64,000 nucleotides of DNA, from positions 118-64,117 of the forward strand of contig CAZCYX010000002.1 in NCBI GenBank assembly GCA_964503065.1, in the 5' to 3' direction. Origin of the DNA: an uncultured Candidatus Bathyarchaeia archaeon. Lineage in GTDB: Archaea > Thermoproteota > Bathyarchaeia > Bathyarchaeales > Bathyarchaeaceae. The translations under genes and the position numbers were made by a program. How positions within the stretch are numbered: position 1 is the stretch's first letter; every line of letters starts with the position of its first letter. Positions 29,457 to 40,073 of the stretch are shown here, in pieces. A model generated the notes under the pieces. The model worked only from the letters and a program-made list of their open reading frames with translations. It was not told the DNA's origin and did not search any database.

Positions 29457-29523
29457 CGATTTAATACTTATTAACACTTAATACTTATAACCGAATACAA
29501 CAACCAGATATTCACAAATAACT

Positions 29524-29569
29524 ACGTCCAAAACCGCATAGTGGAGGAGCATAAAACACGTCCAAAACC
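29524..29569. repeat. 12-bp direct repeat ACGTCCAAAACC flanking a 22-bp spacer
   Basis: Exact copies at 29524-29535 and 29558-29569. Confidence 0.75.
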
Positions 29570-29587
29570 CAGAAAGCTATTCACGTT

Positions 29588-30124
29588 GTGAATGACCCAG
29601 AAAGTATACGCCTACTCGCAGACTTCACTAGGGCTGAAATACTGCGGTTGTTAAGCAAATATCCAATGACGGAGACTCAACTCTCTGAACAGCTGGGTAT
29701 AACAAGAGCCGCCGTTGGCTATCACCTCCACCTGCTTATGGATGCAGGGCTTATAACCATAGAGAAGGTTGAGGCTGAGCAACACGGCATTCTGCAAAAG
29801 TATTACACTCCCATAGCATTTTTACTCATTATTGACCCTGATCGCATACCACAGGATGTTCAAAGATATTTTATCCGAACACAAATAGAACATCTTAGGG
29901 GAATGTTTAGTGTCTTCCAACTTTACCATCATGTTTCTGAGGTTTCATCAAAAGATCTTGAAAAACTCGCGATAGGAATGTTAAAACAGCTCAAAATCGT
30001 TGGACAAAAACATACAGACGATGTGGCGCCTGAGGATGCTGAATCTTTAAGGATAAAGATCTATGCTGAAGCTCTTGCTAATCTCACCAAGCAAGAGGAA
30101 TGGCGTAGTTTATTTCAAAAATGA
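29588..30124 (+). CDS. ArsR-family winged-helix regulator
   Basis: RAEILRLL..PMTETQLSEQLGITRAAVGYHLHLLMDAGLI...KYY. Confidence 0.85.
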   Translation: MNDPESIRLLADFTRAEILRLLSKYPMTETQLSEQLGITRAAVGYHLHLLMDAGLITIEKVEAEQHGILQKYYTPIAFLLIIDPDRIPQDVQRYFIRTQIEHLRGMFSVFQLYHHVSEVSSKDLEKLAIGMLKQLKIVGQKHTDDVAPEDAESLRIKIYAEALANLTKQEEWRSLFQK

Positions 30125-30206
30125 GAGACAAGTGCAGCTAGCTTTTCTCTTCCAAGAGGAAAGAGTGTCACAAATTTCATAAGCAATTTGATCTTAAGTC
30201 ATAACG

Positions 30207-31214
30207 ATGAAGTGTGTGTTATTGAAAGCTACTGTGACAGAGAAGGGTGCAGTTCTTTTAGGAAGGTATGTTGCTTGCGACGCACATGAAGAAGGCAAAC
30301 CCATAAGAGTTGTTACTCACATTCACGCTGACCATCTTCTCGGCTTACGGCAAAGCCTAAAAAAATGTGAAACAGTGGTGATGACTCCAATTACCAAGGA
30401 TTTAATAGACGTTATGAAGAACCCATTGTTTTTGATGGCTGGAAATGTGAAAGCCCTCAACTATGAAGAAACGCTTTGGTATGATGACGAAAAGATTACT
30501 CTATTTCCGGCGGATCACATTTGGGGAGCTGCGCAAGTTCTTGTCGAGGACGCTGATCAAACGAGGATGGTTTATACTGGTGACTTTCGTCTTCCCGAGA
30601 CTCCTGTAATTAAGTGTGACATTCTTGTTATGGAAGCTACTTACGGGAATCCATCTCGTGTTAGACCTTTTGCAGACTATGTTGAAGGTGTTCTTGTTTC
30701 TTTGGTGGAGGAATCTTTGAAGAACGGACCAGTGTATCTTTTTGGTTATTATGGGAAACTTCAGGAGAGTATGCAGATTCTACATGGAGCGAAGGTTAGA
30801 GTTCCTTTTATTGTTCCAGAAAGGGTGTTTCATGTTTCGAAGATTTGTGAGAGGCATGGTATGAGGTTTGGGAGACACCTTTTATTGTCAAGTGATGTCG
30901 AAGCAGAGTTAATGTTACAAAGGAATGAGCCTTGTGTTGCTTTTTATCATATGAGTTCTCGACGATGTGTAGGCGAGGATGCTTTACGGATTTATCTGAG
31001 TGGCTGGGAGTTTGGAACCCCATGTCGTCAAATAGGTGAGAAGGAGTATAGGGTTGCTTTGAGTGATCATTGTGACTTTGATGGTTTGCTAAGGTATGTG
31101 AAGGAAAGCAAGCCGAAAATGGTCATCACTGACAACTATAGAGCCGGAGACGCTTATGCTTTAGCAAGAGAGATCAGAAAGAGATTTAATATTCCTGCGA
31201 AGCCTGTTCCATAA
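30207..31214 (+). CDS. Metallo-beta-lactamase/beta-CASP-like nuclease
   Basis: THIHADH, ADHIWG, YTGDF, EATYG, SDHCDF motifs. Confidence 0.82.
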   Translation: MKCVLLKATVTEKGAVLLGRYVACDAHEEGKPIRVVTHIHADHLLGLRQSLKKCETVVMTPITKDLIDVMKNPLFLMAGNVKALNYEETLWYDDEKITLFPADHIWGAAQVLVEDADQTRMVYTGDFRLPETPVIKCDILVMEATYGNPSRVRPFADYVEGVLVSLVEESLKNGPVYLFGYYGKLQESMQILHGAKVRVPFIVPERVFHVSKICERHGMRFGRHLLLSSDVEAELMLQRNEPCVAFYHMSSRRCVGEDALRIYLSGWEFGTPCRQIGEKEYRVALSDHCDFDGLLRYVKESKPKMVITDNYRAGDAYALAREIRKRFNIPAKPVP

Positions 31215-31264
31215 TAGGCGTAATCCTTAAGATTTTCATAGATATCCTAGTATGTGGATTTGAT

Positions 31265-31768
31265 TTGTTCTCGGTTTTGAAGCCTGTGTATGCGAAACTT
31301 ATGGTAGTTGGAGGTGTTCTTTTAGTTGTTGGGTTGTTTGCGCCTTGGTATTTTCTTGTGACTAGTAGGGGAGAGTATTATTCTATGAGTGCGTTTGGGG
31401 GTTCTCTTGTAGATTATTTTGTTGGTTCTGAGTTTTTCAGTTCGTTGGCGGCTTATGTTTCTTTGATTTTTGCTGTGGTTACGTTGGTGGTGCCATTTGT
31501 TGTTGTGATGTTAGCTGATAAGAGTAGAAGGAAGTACTGTGGTGTTGTGAGTTGTTTGGGGGCGATTTGTGCTTTGATGAGTGTTGTTTATTTGCATCTT
31601 TGGCTTGGTGAGTTCAGTCCTTATGGTTCGTTTGTTAATTTTGGTTCGGGTGAGAATTGGGGTCCAAGCGTTGGATATTTTCTTACTTGGGTGGCTGTGG
31701 GTTTTCTTTTTGGGGCTACTTATCTTTCTGAGGGTTTGGTTCAGAAACAGTCTGTGAAGACTGCTTGA
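31265..31768 (+). CDS. Four-TM membrane protein
   Basis: LFAPW...GYFLTW pattern; hydrophobic; extremely G+T-rich coding strand. Confidence 0.65.
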   Translation: MFSVLKPVYAKLMVVGGVLLVVGLFAPWYFLVTSRGEYYSMSAFGGSLVDYFVGSEFFSSLAAYVSLIFAVVTLVVPFVVVMLADKSRRKYCGVVSCLGAICALMSVVYLHLWLGEFSPYGSFVNFGSGENWGPSVGYFLTWVAVGFLFGATYLSEGLVQKQSVKTA

Positions 31769-31846
31769 TGTGTCTGTCTGCGTCTGTCTGTCTAGGTCTA
31801 GTATAGAGGGGGGAGGGACAGAGAGACAGGTATAGTCTCGGCTAGA
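31769..31846 (+). repeat. Dispersed TATA-polypurine-TATA element, copy 2
   Basis: (GTCT)n, CTAGGTCTAG, then TATAGAGGGGGGAGGGACAGAGAGACAGGTATA (31802-31834). Confidence 0.7.
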
Positions 31847-31898
31847 GCATGAGTAAGAAAGAAGGTTCTTTAATTCTGGATCAGAAACTAAAAGAGTT

Positions 31899-32099
31899 CT
31901 ATTTTTTCTTCAGGCGTCTTTTTGGGCGTTCCGGAAGAGGACGCTCTGGAAGAGGTCTTTCTGGAAAGGGTCGATGTGGACATAATGGGCATGCATGCTG
32001 GAGAATCTGGTATGGATCAGGACGCTCTACTACCTCTTCTAGGACGTCGTAAACAGTGCATTCTATCTCTGGATTAAACATACATTTCATTTCTGCCAC
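31899..32099 (-). CDS. Small Cys-containing protein with (PERPx)n tail
   Basis: 66 aa; C-x7-C...CPLC and PFPERPLPERPLPERP 15-bp tandem repeats. Confidence 0.55.
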   Translation of the reverse strand: MAEMKCMFNPEIECTVYDVLEEVVERPDPYQILQHACPLCPHRPFPERPLPERPLPERPKRRLKKK

Positions 32100-32259
32100 C
32101 TGTAGTTATGAATGTGCTCCGCGATTCCAAATAAGATTTTCTAAGAGTTATCATTTGGAGATGTCCATGCAGAACTGCTCTAAAAATGCGTTTTTTTGAG
32201 TAAGGTAAAAACCAAGTAAAACAGTGTATGTAGGGTTCGACGTCAATTATATGTGGCAT

Positions 32260-32778
32260 TTACAACTTAACATTTTTCAGATATCTGTTCCATATAACTG
32301 AGGTGAGATAGCCAGCTAGGGCACCGCTAATCGTACCTGTAACCAGTATGATTATTTCCATTATGAGGTTTCGTGGGATTAGTTCGATAAGGTAAGTTGT
32401 TGAGTAGTAGCTTAAAGCTCCAACGAAGGCAGTGGCTATAGTCATAGCAGCAACCACCTTAGTAATATTTACTTCTTCCCTTGGCATGTCAACTTTAAAC
32501 ACAAAGAAAAGACCATCAACAAGAAGACCAAACAAGAGTGCAAACACAAAAGAAAAAGGAGCAAGAGCCAAATTCCACAGAGCTGTTAAGATTCCTCCTA
32601 TTGACCCTGAATAAGTGGCTCCGAATCTTCTAAGAAGCAGTGAACTCAAAGCAAGCAGAAGAGCTTGAACAACAACAATCATTTTGTTGAGTGGCGATGG
32701 TACAAGGGTCTTGGAAACAAATATCAAAGCGCCGAAAACAGTAGTAACGGCTATTTTCCTTGTACTTCGCACCAACAT
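32260..32778 (-). CDS. Membrane protein, ECF S-component-like
   Basis: Five to six TM segments; KIAVTTVFGAL start; likely ATG 32778. Confidence 0.65.
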   Translation of the reverse strand: MLVRSTRKIAVTTVFGALIFVSKTLVPSPLNKMIVVVQALLLALSSLLLRRFGATYSGSIGGILTALWNLALAPFSFVFALLFGLLVDGLFFVFKVDMPREEVNITKVVAAMTIATAFVGALSYYSTTYLIELIPRNLIMEIIILVTGTISGALAGYLTSVIWNRYLKNVKL

Positions 32779-32837
32779 ATCACCATCAAGTAGCAAGTGT
32801 ACGCGCAAATCAGGTGATGCGAGCGCACATGAAGCAG

Positions 32838-32870
32838 AAAAAAGGGAAGTTACTGGGGGAGATTTCTCCA
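32838..32870 (-). terminator. Hairpin plus T6 terminator-like element; left direct repeat of the katG cassette
   Basis: Plus strand AAAAAAGGGAAGTT..GGGAGATTTCTCCA; similar to 35219-35258. Confidence 0.55.
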
Positions 32871-32950
32871 CTGCGACGAGAGTTCAAATCTAGACTTAAA
32901 TAGATTTGGACCGGGTGGCTTACCATGTTGTCGTCGCTTGCTACCTCTTG

Positions 32951-35275
<2,325 letters not shown>

Positions 35276-35563
35276 TCACCCAACGCGCGCGCAAGACAAA
35301 AGGTTTCAGAAGATTTTCTCTATAGATAGATCTCATGCATGCTATTTGCTCTTCTCTGGTTGAGGTCTGATGGGAGTGAATTTATAGCCTTTTGGTCTTT
35401 GGCTTATCGAGAAGTAGTTTAGCGGAATCTCAAAGGTATCCGCCACCCTCTGCAAGGCTTAACTAGACTACCGCCCTTGCTGTATGGGTTAGACAGTTTT
35501 GGTATTCAGGTTTCCTTCTTGGCGGTTTTGACAAGTATGTTTCGGAATCCTGAATTCTTACAG

Positions 35564-36643
35564 TCACCTTTCCCGTTTTCCTGTGATGAAATCTTCTACC
35601 CATTGTCTCGCCACATCATCTGAAATCTGTGAGGGAGGATGCTTGAAAGCATAAGAAGAGATACTAATCAATGGACCACTTATCCCCCTGTCAAGAGCAA
35701 GCTTCACCGCCCTAACAACGTCAATAACAACTCCTGCACTGTTTGGTGAATCCTCTACCTCCAGTTTTGCAGTAACCGTAACTGGAAGATTCCCGAACTT
35801 TCGACCCTTAATCCAAACATAACATATTTTCTTGTCTCCCAGAAATGGAACGTAGTCGGATGGGCCAATCCTGGTAGGAACCTTATAAGGAACCATGCTC
35901 GTCACAGCCTCAGTCTTACTAACCCGCTTCGTCTCCAACCGCTCCTCAACAGTCATATTCTCAAAATCAGTATTCCCACCCAAATTCAACTGATACGTCT
36001 CCTCCACTATGACACCTCGATCCACACACAACTTAACCAAGTTCCGATGAAGAATCGTAGCCCCCAACTGACTCTTAATATCATCCCCAGCCACAGGCAA
36101 TCCTCTTCTCCTAAACTTTTCACCCCAACCAGGATCAGAAGCAACAAACTCAGGAATACAGTTCACAAAGGCACAACCCGCATCAATAGCAGCCTGCGCA
36201 TAGTAGCGAGTCGCCTCAAAACTTCCAACAGGCAGATAGTTTATCAACAGATCCGCTTTAACCTCTCGAAGAACACTAGCGACATCAACTGAACTAAACT
36301 CCCTCTCATCATAAATTCTGAAAGACCCTTTCATATGAGGAGCAACACCATCAAAGACTGGTCCACACAGAACCTTTACACCAAGTCTAGGCACCTTCGC
36401 AAATCTTGCACAAGAGTTCGGCTCCACAAAGATAGCCTCTCCAAGGTCTTTCCCAATCTTCTCTTTATTGACCTCAAAAGCAGCCACAAACCTTATGTCA
36501 CGTATGTGGTAACCTCCAAAATTAACATGCATCAACCCCGGACACTTAACATCTTCAGTCACATTCTTATAATATTCAACACCTTGAACCAGAGCCGACG
36601 CACAATTACCCACACCAACTATCGCAGTTCGAATTTCTGGCAA
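35564..36643 (-). CDS. ino1: Myo-inositol-1-phosphate synthase
   Basis: AIVGVGNCAS, YLPVGS, GDDIKSQLGAT, QLNLGGNTDF, VEDSPNSAG. Confidence 0.95.
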   Translation of the reverse strand: MPEIRTAIVGVGNCASALVQGVEYYKNVTEDVKCPGLMHVNFGGYHIRDIRFVAAFEVNKEKIGKDLGEAIFVEPNSCARFAKVPRLGVKVLCGPVFDGVAPHMKGSFRIYDEREFSSVDVASVLREVKADLLINYLPVGSFEATRYYAQAAIDAGCAFVNCIPEFVASDPGWGEKFRRRGLPVAGDDIKSQLGATILHRNLVKLCVDRGVIVEETYQLNLGGNTDFENMTVEERLETKRVSKTEAVTSMVPYKVPTRIGPSDYVPFLGDKKICYVWIKGRKFGNLPVTVTAKLEVEDSPNSAGVVIDVVRAVKLALDRGISGPLISISSYAFKHPPSQISDDVARQWVEDFITGKRER

Positions 36644-36740
36644 CCTTCACTCCTCCCAACAATGCACTGAACAAACACCTTCGCTTTACTGCTCAAATTC
36701 TTATTTAATTTTGCCAGAAACATGACGCTACATGGCAATT

Positions 36741-37715
36741 TTAACCGTGTTCACCTCTAGTGACGAGGTAAACTCCTACAAAGATCAGAAGCCCTCCCAC
36801 CAGAATGGACAAGGTTAACTCTTCTCCAACAAACGTCACCGCGAATAACACAGTGACTAATGGTTCTGCAAATAGAAATGAACTGGTCACTGCCGCTCCC
36901 ACTTGTTTTAGCACATAGAACCAGATGTAGTATCCTAGCAGCGAACAGGTAACAGACAGGAAGAGAATTGCCAGCCAACCGTAAAAGCTCATTGTAAATA
37001 GTTGATGAAGAGAGTTTTCAGCCAAAGCAAAAGGGATTAGACACAATCCCCCCAGTACAGTTACATATGCCACTACGAGAAAGGGATCATACTTCTCCAT
37101 TATCTTCTTTCCCAAGAGACTATATGTAGCCCAAAGAACTGGAGTTAAAAGCAGAATCAAGCATCCCAGAAAGAAATCTCTGTTTTCCGGAACGCTCAAA
37201 GTGCCACCTGTAATGACAATGAACGCCCCTACTGCAGCAACTACAATTCCAAAGATTTGCCTTTTCATCAAATGTTCTCTAAATATCTTAGCAGAAAGGA
37301 TAGCGATAAAAATTGGCGAAAGAAGACAGACTAAAATCGCAGCAATAGACGCTCCAGCCATCTGAACTCCAGTGTACTGAGCAGTAAAGAAAAAAGTTGC
37401 ACCAGTGAGAGCGAGAAACAACAGTGTTGGGAAGTCTCTCTTTTCAACAAGAAGCCTGTAGTCTTGTTCTGCGCTTTTCTTGAAGAAGAGTGCAACTAGG
37501 AAGAGTCCACCAGCAATGAGAAACCTGAAGGTTGCTATAGAGATTGGGGTTAATCCTTCTCCTAACGTTATCTTGACAACCACAAATGAACTTCCCCAAA
37601 AAGTTATCAGAATTACCATTAGAAAAGCATTGAAGAGGCTTATTGTTTTTATCGGCATTTCATGGAGTAACTCTCTTGTCATACCTAAAAAGATTGTTTG
37701 AAAAACGGCAAGCAA
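36741..37715 (-). CDS. DMT/EamA-family transporter
   Basis: Ten TM segments, duplicated EamA pattern; exact start uncertain. Confidence 0.88.
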   Translation of the reverse strand: MLAVFQTIFLGMTRELLHEMPIKTISLFNAFLMVILITFWGSSFVVVKITLGEGLTPISIATFRFLIAGGLFLVALFFKKSAEQDYRLLVEKRDFPTLLFLALTGATFFFTAQYTGVQMAGASIAAILVCLLSPIFIAILSAKIFREHLMKRQIFGIVVAAVGAFIVITGGTLSVPENRDFFLGCLILLLTPVLWATYSLLGKKIMEKYDPFLVVAYVTVLGGLCLIPFALAENSLHQLFTMSFYGWLAILFLSVTCSLLGYYIWFYVLKQVGAAVTSSFLFAEPLVTVLFAVTFVGEELTLSILVGGLLIFVGVYLVTRGEHG

Positions 37716-37723
37716 TGAACTAA

Positions 37724-38000
37724 CTACTTAGATTCTATAGAGTGTTTGTAGTAGCTGAACAGCATATATTTCAAACATATTGGAATAGAGCTCAAAGAGA
37801 AACTAAGCTTTCAATAACTCCTAAAGACCTTAAAGAATTCTTCTGTATTGAAATGACTAACTTTAGGAGTTCCTGATAGATACATAGATGCCTTTTGTGG
37901 AAGAGTTCCTAAAAGTGTATTAGCTAGACACTATACGGATTATAGCCCTAAGAAATTAAAAAGCATATACGATAAGGCTAATCTTAGAGCATTAGCCTAA
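37724..38000 (+). pseudogene. C-terminal remnant of an archaeal tyrosine recombinase/integrase with a +1 frameshift
   Basis: Frame 1 ...YWNRAQRETKLSITPKDLKEFFCIEMTN; after one extra T near 37862, LGVPDRYIDAFCGRVPKSVLARHYTDYSPKKLKSIYDKANL (catalytic Tyr in RHY). Confidence 0.8.
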
Positions 38001-38141
38001 TCCCTTCTTTTTTATTATTAAATCCTAATAATATTATTTCATACGATAAAGCTGGGTTACGCATACTCAGCTAACCCTATCTTTTTTCAACATCAAATTC
38101 GACTAAGGGTTTTATATATTAGTTATTTTTCAGAGCTCATC

Positions 38142-38351
38142 ATGACTATAGAAATTGAATATTTCCCTGATAAACGACTCAAACTTTTATTACGTTGTAA
38201 GGTTGGAGACAAGAATTTCTGGTATGATTCAGCTTCTAACAGCTATACGATTTGTTTAGATGAAGATACTATTTGTCTACTCTATGAAACATACTTAGCT
38301 GTTAATCCTTACAATAATTGGAAACTCAGAAAAAAGTATGGGCTATCATAA
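38142..38351 (+). CDS. Hypothetical small protein
   Basis: 69 aa ORF downstream of TTTTATATAT; leads a short same-strand run. Confidence 0.5.
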   Translation: MTIEIEYFPDKRLKLLLRCKVGDKNFWYDSASNSYTICLDEDTICLLYETYLAVNPYNNWKLRKKYGLS

Positions 38352-38366
38352 TTAGGAGGATTAGTT

Positions 38367-38855
38367 GTGTCAAAACAGAGTAGAAGCTTAGACCTCTTTG
38401 AAGGTATACTAATCGGAATCTATGGTAATTGGATAATATCTCTTGTTGATAAGGTCAATCTGGATCAGTGGTATAAACCGATTGCTGTAATTGTCTCTTT
38501 CATCTGTCTCATTCTTTTTTTTCTTGTTAGAGTTTTCAAACCTGAGCTAATGCTAGAAAATAGAGTACTTCTTCTGTACTTAGGGCATGCGTTTGGAATT
38601 GCTTGGTCTCTAGATTATACAGTTCATAATGCTCTTTTTTTAGGTGTGGGAGCAATCCTCTTTATTGCTATATATAAGATTGACATGGAGAGAGTCATAT
38701 TAATAACAAAAGAAAAATGGGATCGTAAAATTAGGAAATCCAAGAAGATGTTAGCTGAAATAAAAAAGAAGATAGCTGAATTAGAAGAGGAGAATAAAAG
38801 ATTAGAAAAGGAAATAGCTGAAAGAAAAAAGCGTTTATCAAGCAAAGGAGGTTAA
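38367..38855 (+). CDS. Membrane protein with C-terminal coiled coil
   Basis: AGGAGG RBS; four hydrophobic segments; ELEEENKRLEKEIAE. Confidence 0.7.
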   Translation: MSKQSRSLDLFEGILIGIYGNWIISLVDKVNLDQWYKPIAVIVSFICLILFFLVRVFKPELMLENRVLLLYLGHAFGIAWSLDYTVHNALFLGVGAILFIAIYKIDMERVILITKEKWDRKIRKSKKMLAEIKKKIAELEEENKRLEKEIAERKKRLSSKGG

Positions 38856-38863
38856 CGGAATTA

Positions 38864-39022
38864 ATGTATGAAGAACTCTATTTCATATTCTTATTCTTGG
38901 TTTGTTCAATTCCCTTAGGATTGTTACTGATATACTATTATGTGCAACATGAGAGAGACCAATCAAAGCGTATAAGAGAACTAGAAGAAAAATTAGAAAC
39001 AAGAAGGAAAAGGAATAATTAG
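38864..39022 (+). CDS. 52-aa single-TM protein with coiled-coil tail (MYEELYFIFLFLVCSIPLGLLLIYYYVQHERDQSKRIRELEEKLETRRKRNN)
   Basis: Manually translated; GGAGGT upstream; 8 bp after the previous stop. Confidence 0.5.
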   Translation: MYEELYFIFLFLVCSIPLGLLLIYYYVQHERDQSKRIRELEEKLETRRKRNN

Positions 39023-39243
39023 TTCTTATACTTCTCCCATTCAGCTATAGCTTCTCTAAGTCAAATTATACTTTTAAATCCTAAAAGTATTATTTCTCAT
39101 GGTTATACTAAGCTTCTAGAAATTGTTGAATAGCTTCTGACATAGAAGATTCTTTCCCAAATCTTTAATACAACTTCAAAGGATATATTGTGTCAATCGA
39201 AGATTCTCCCACAAGTCATAAAACTGAAGCAGAAGGATAATGA

Positions 39244-39711
39244 GTGATAGGAGTAGAAAAAGGGACAGGGAGAAAGAAAGTGAAGAAATCGTCTATTATA
39301 ATAATAACAGTCCTTAGTGTTGTAATCATCGTAGTTGTCCTTGTTGTTTTATTTGCTCGCCTACCTTCCTTCACTGGAGCTCAAAAAATTTCAGTTGGAA
39401 ACGTTTCGTTGAAGTGGGAATACAACGAGTTTGCCAAAGGTTATATTCTTAAAAAGGCTACCTTGACACTTACGAACAACGGTGATTCGCCAATGTATGA
39501 CCTGTATATATTTGGACAGGTTGACGGAAAAACGTTCGGTGGATTGATTACTGGAACCCCGTCGTTAAAAAGTGGTGAGACAAGAACCTTTAGTTATGAA
39601 TGGGGAGGCATAACGATAACTCAACCAGGTTCATACACGCTAACCTTGCGAGTAGAAGATGGAATGAGAGAATTATTGGGACAACGCACGATGACTATTC
39701 AAGTTCCTTGA
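39244..39711 (+). CDS. Membrane-anchored surface protein with Ig-like domain
   Basis: Basic N-terminus, TM segment, LTLTNNG...PGSYTLTLRV beta sandwich. Confidence 0.7.
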   Translation: MIGVEKGTGRKKVKKSSIIIITVLSVVIIVVVLVVLFARLPSFTGAQKISVGNVSLKWEYNEFAKGYILKKATLTLTNNGDSPMYDLYIFGQVDGKTFGGLITGTPSLKSGETRTFSYEWGGITITQPGSYTLTLRVEDGMRELLGQRTMTIQVP

Positions 39712-40073
39712 ACATAATTCAAGGAATATCTGATTTATATCATTGATTGTTCTATCTCTCTTAATGATAGCAACACTTCTAGCAGTCACAGTCTATAGAA
39801 GAAACATTCTGTGTAACTACATACAATAAGTCTTCATTGGATACGAATATCAACTTAATACTCATCTATTCCTCTCTTTAGACAATGAAGAAGCTAGACT
39901 ACATAGTTATTTCCCTTATTCCAAATAAAAGACACTTGTATTTCTCAAATCGTAGAAGGAACCACTAGCCTTCATGAGAATTGCAAACATGCGCAAAAAG
40001 ACTTATACAGTTCAGACCACAACAATGTAGATTAAGTTACCCAACGAAATCACATAAACCAGAGGACGAAGAA

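Larger units (their letters stand above)
37724..39960. mobile_element. Decayed AT-rich integrated element/island
   Basis: Integrase remnant, low GC, short orphan membrane ORFs and gene fragments between the EamA gene and conserved genes; boundaries approximate. Confidence 0.5.

Noticed and set aside
29461-29570. Short direct repeats as a mini-CRISPR array
   Set aside because: Only two copies of 11-12 bp with 6-22 bp spacers; no cas genes
32871-32900. GTTCAAATC as a possible tRNA/att remnant near katG
   Set aside because: T-stem pairs for only 2 bp; the sequence is better explained as one arm of a 10-bp hairpin
35300-35560. Long spacer between katG and ino1 as an ncRNA or IS end
   Set aside because: Only a short GCGGA/TCCGC hairpin; no terminal inverted repeat or convincing transposase fragment
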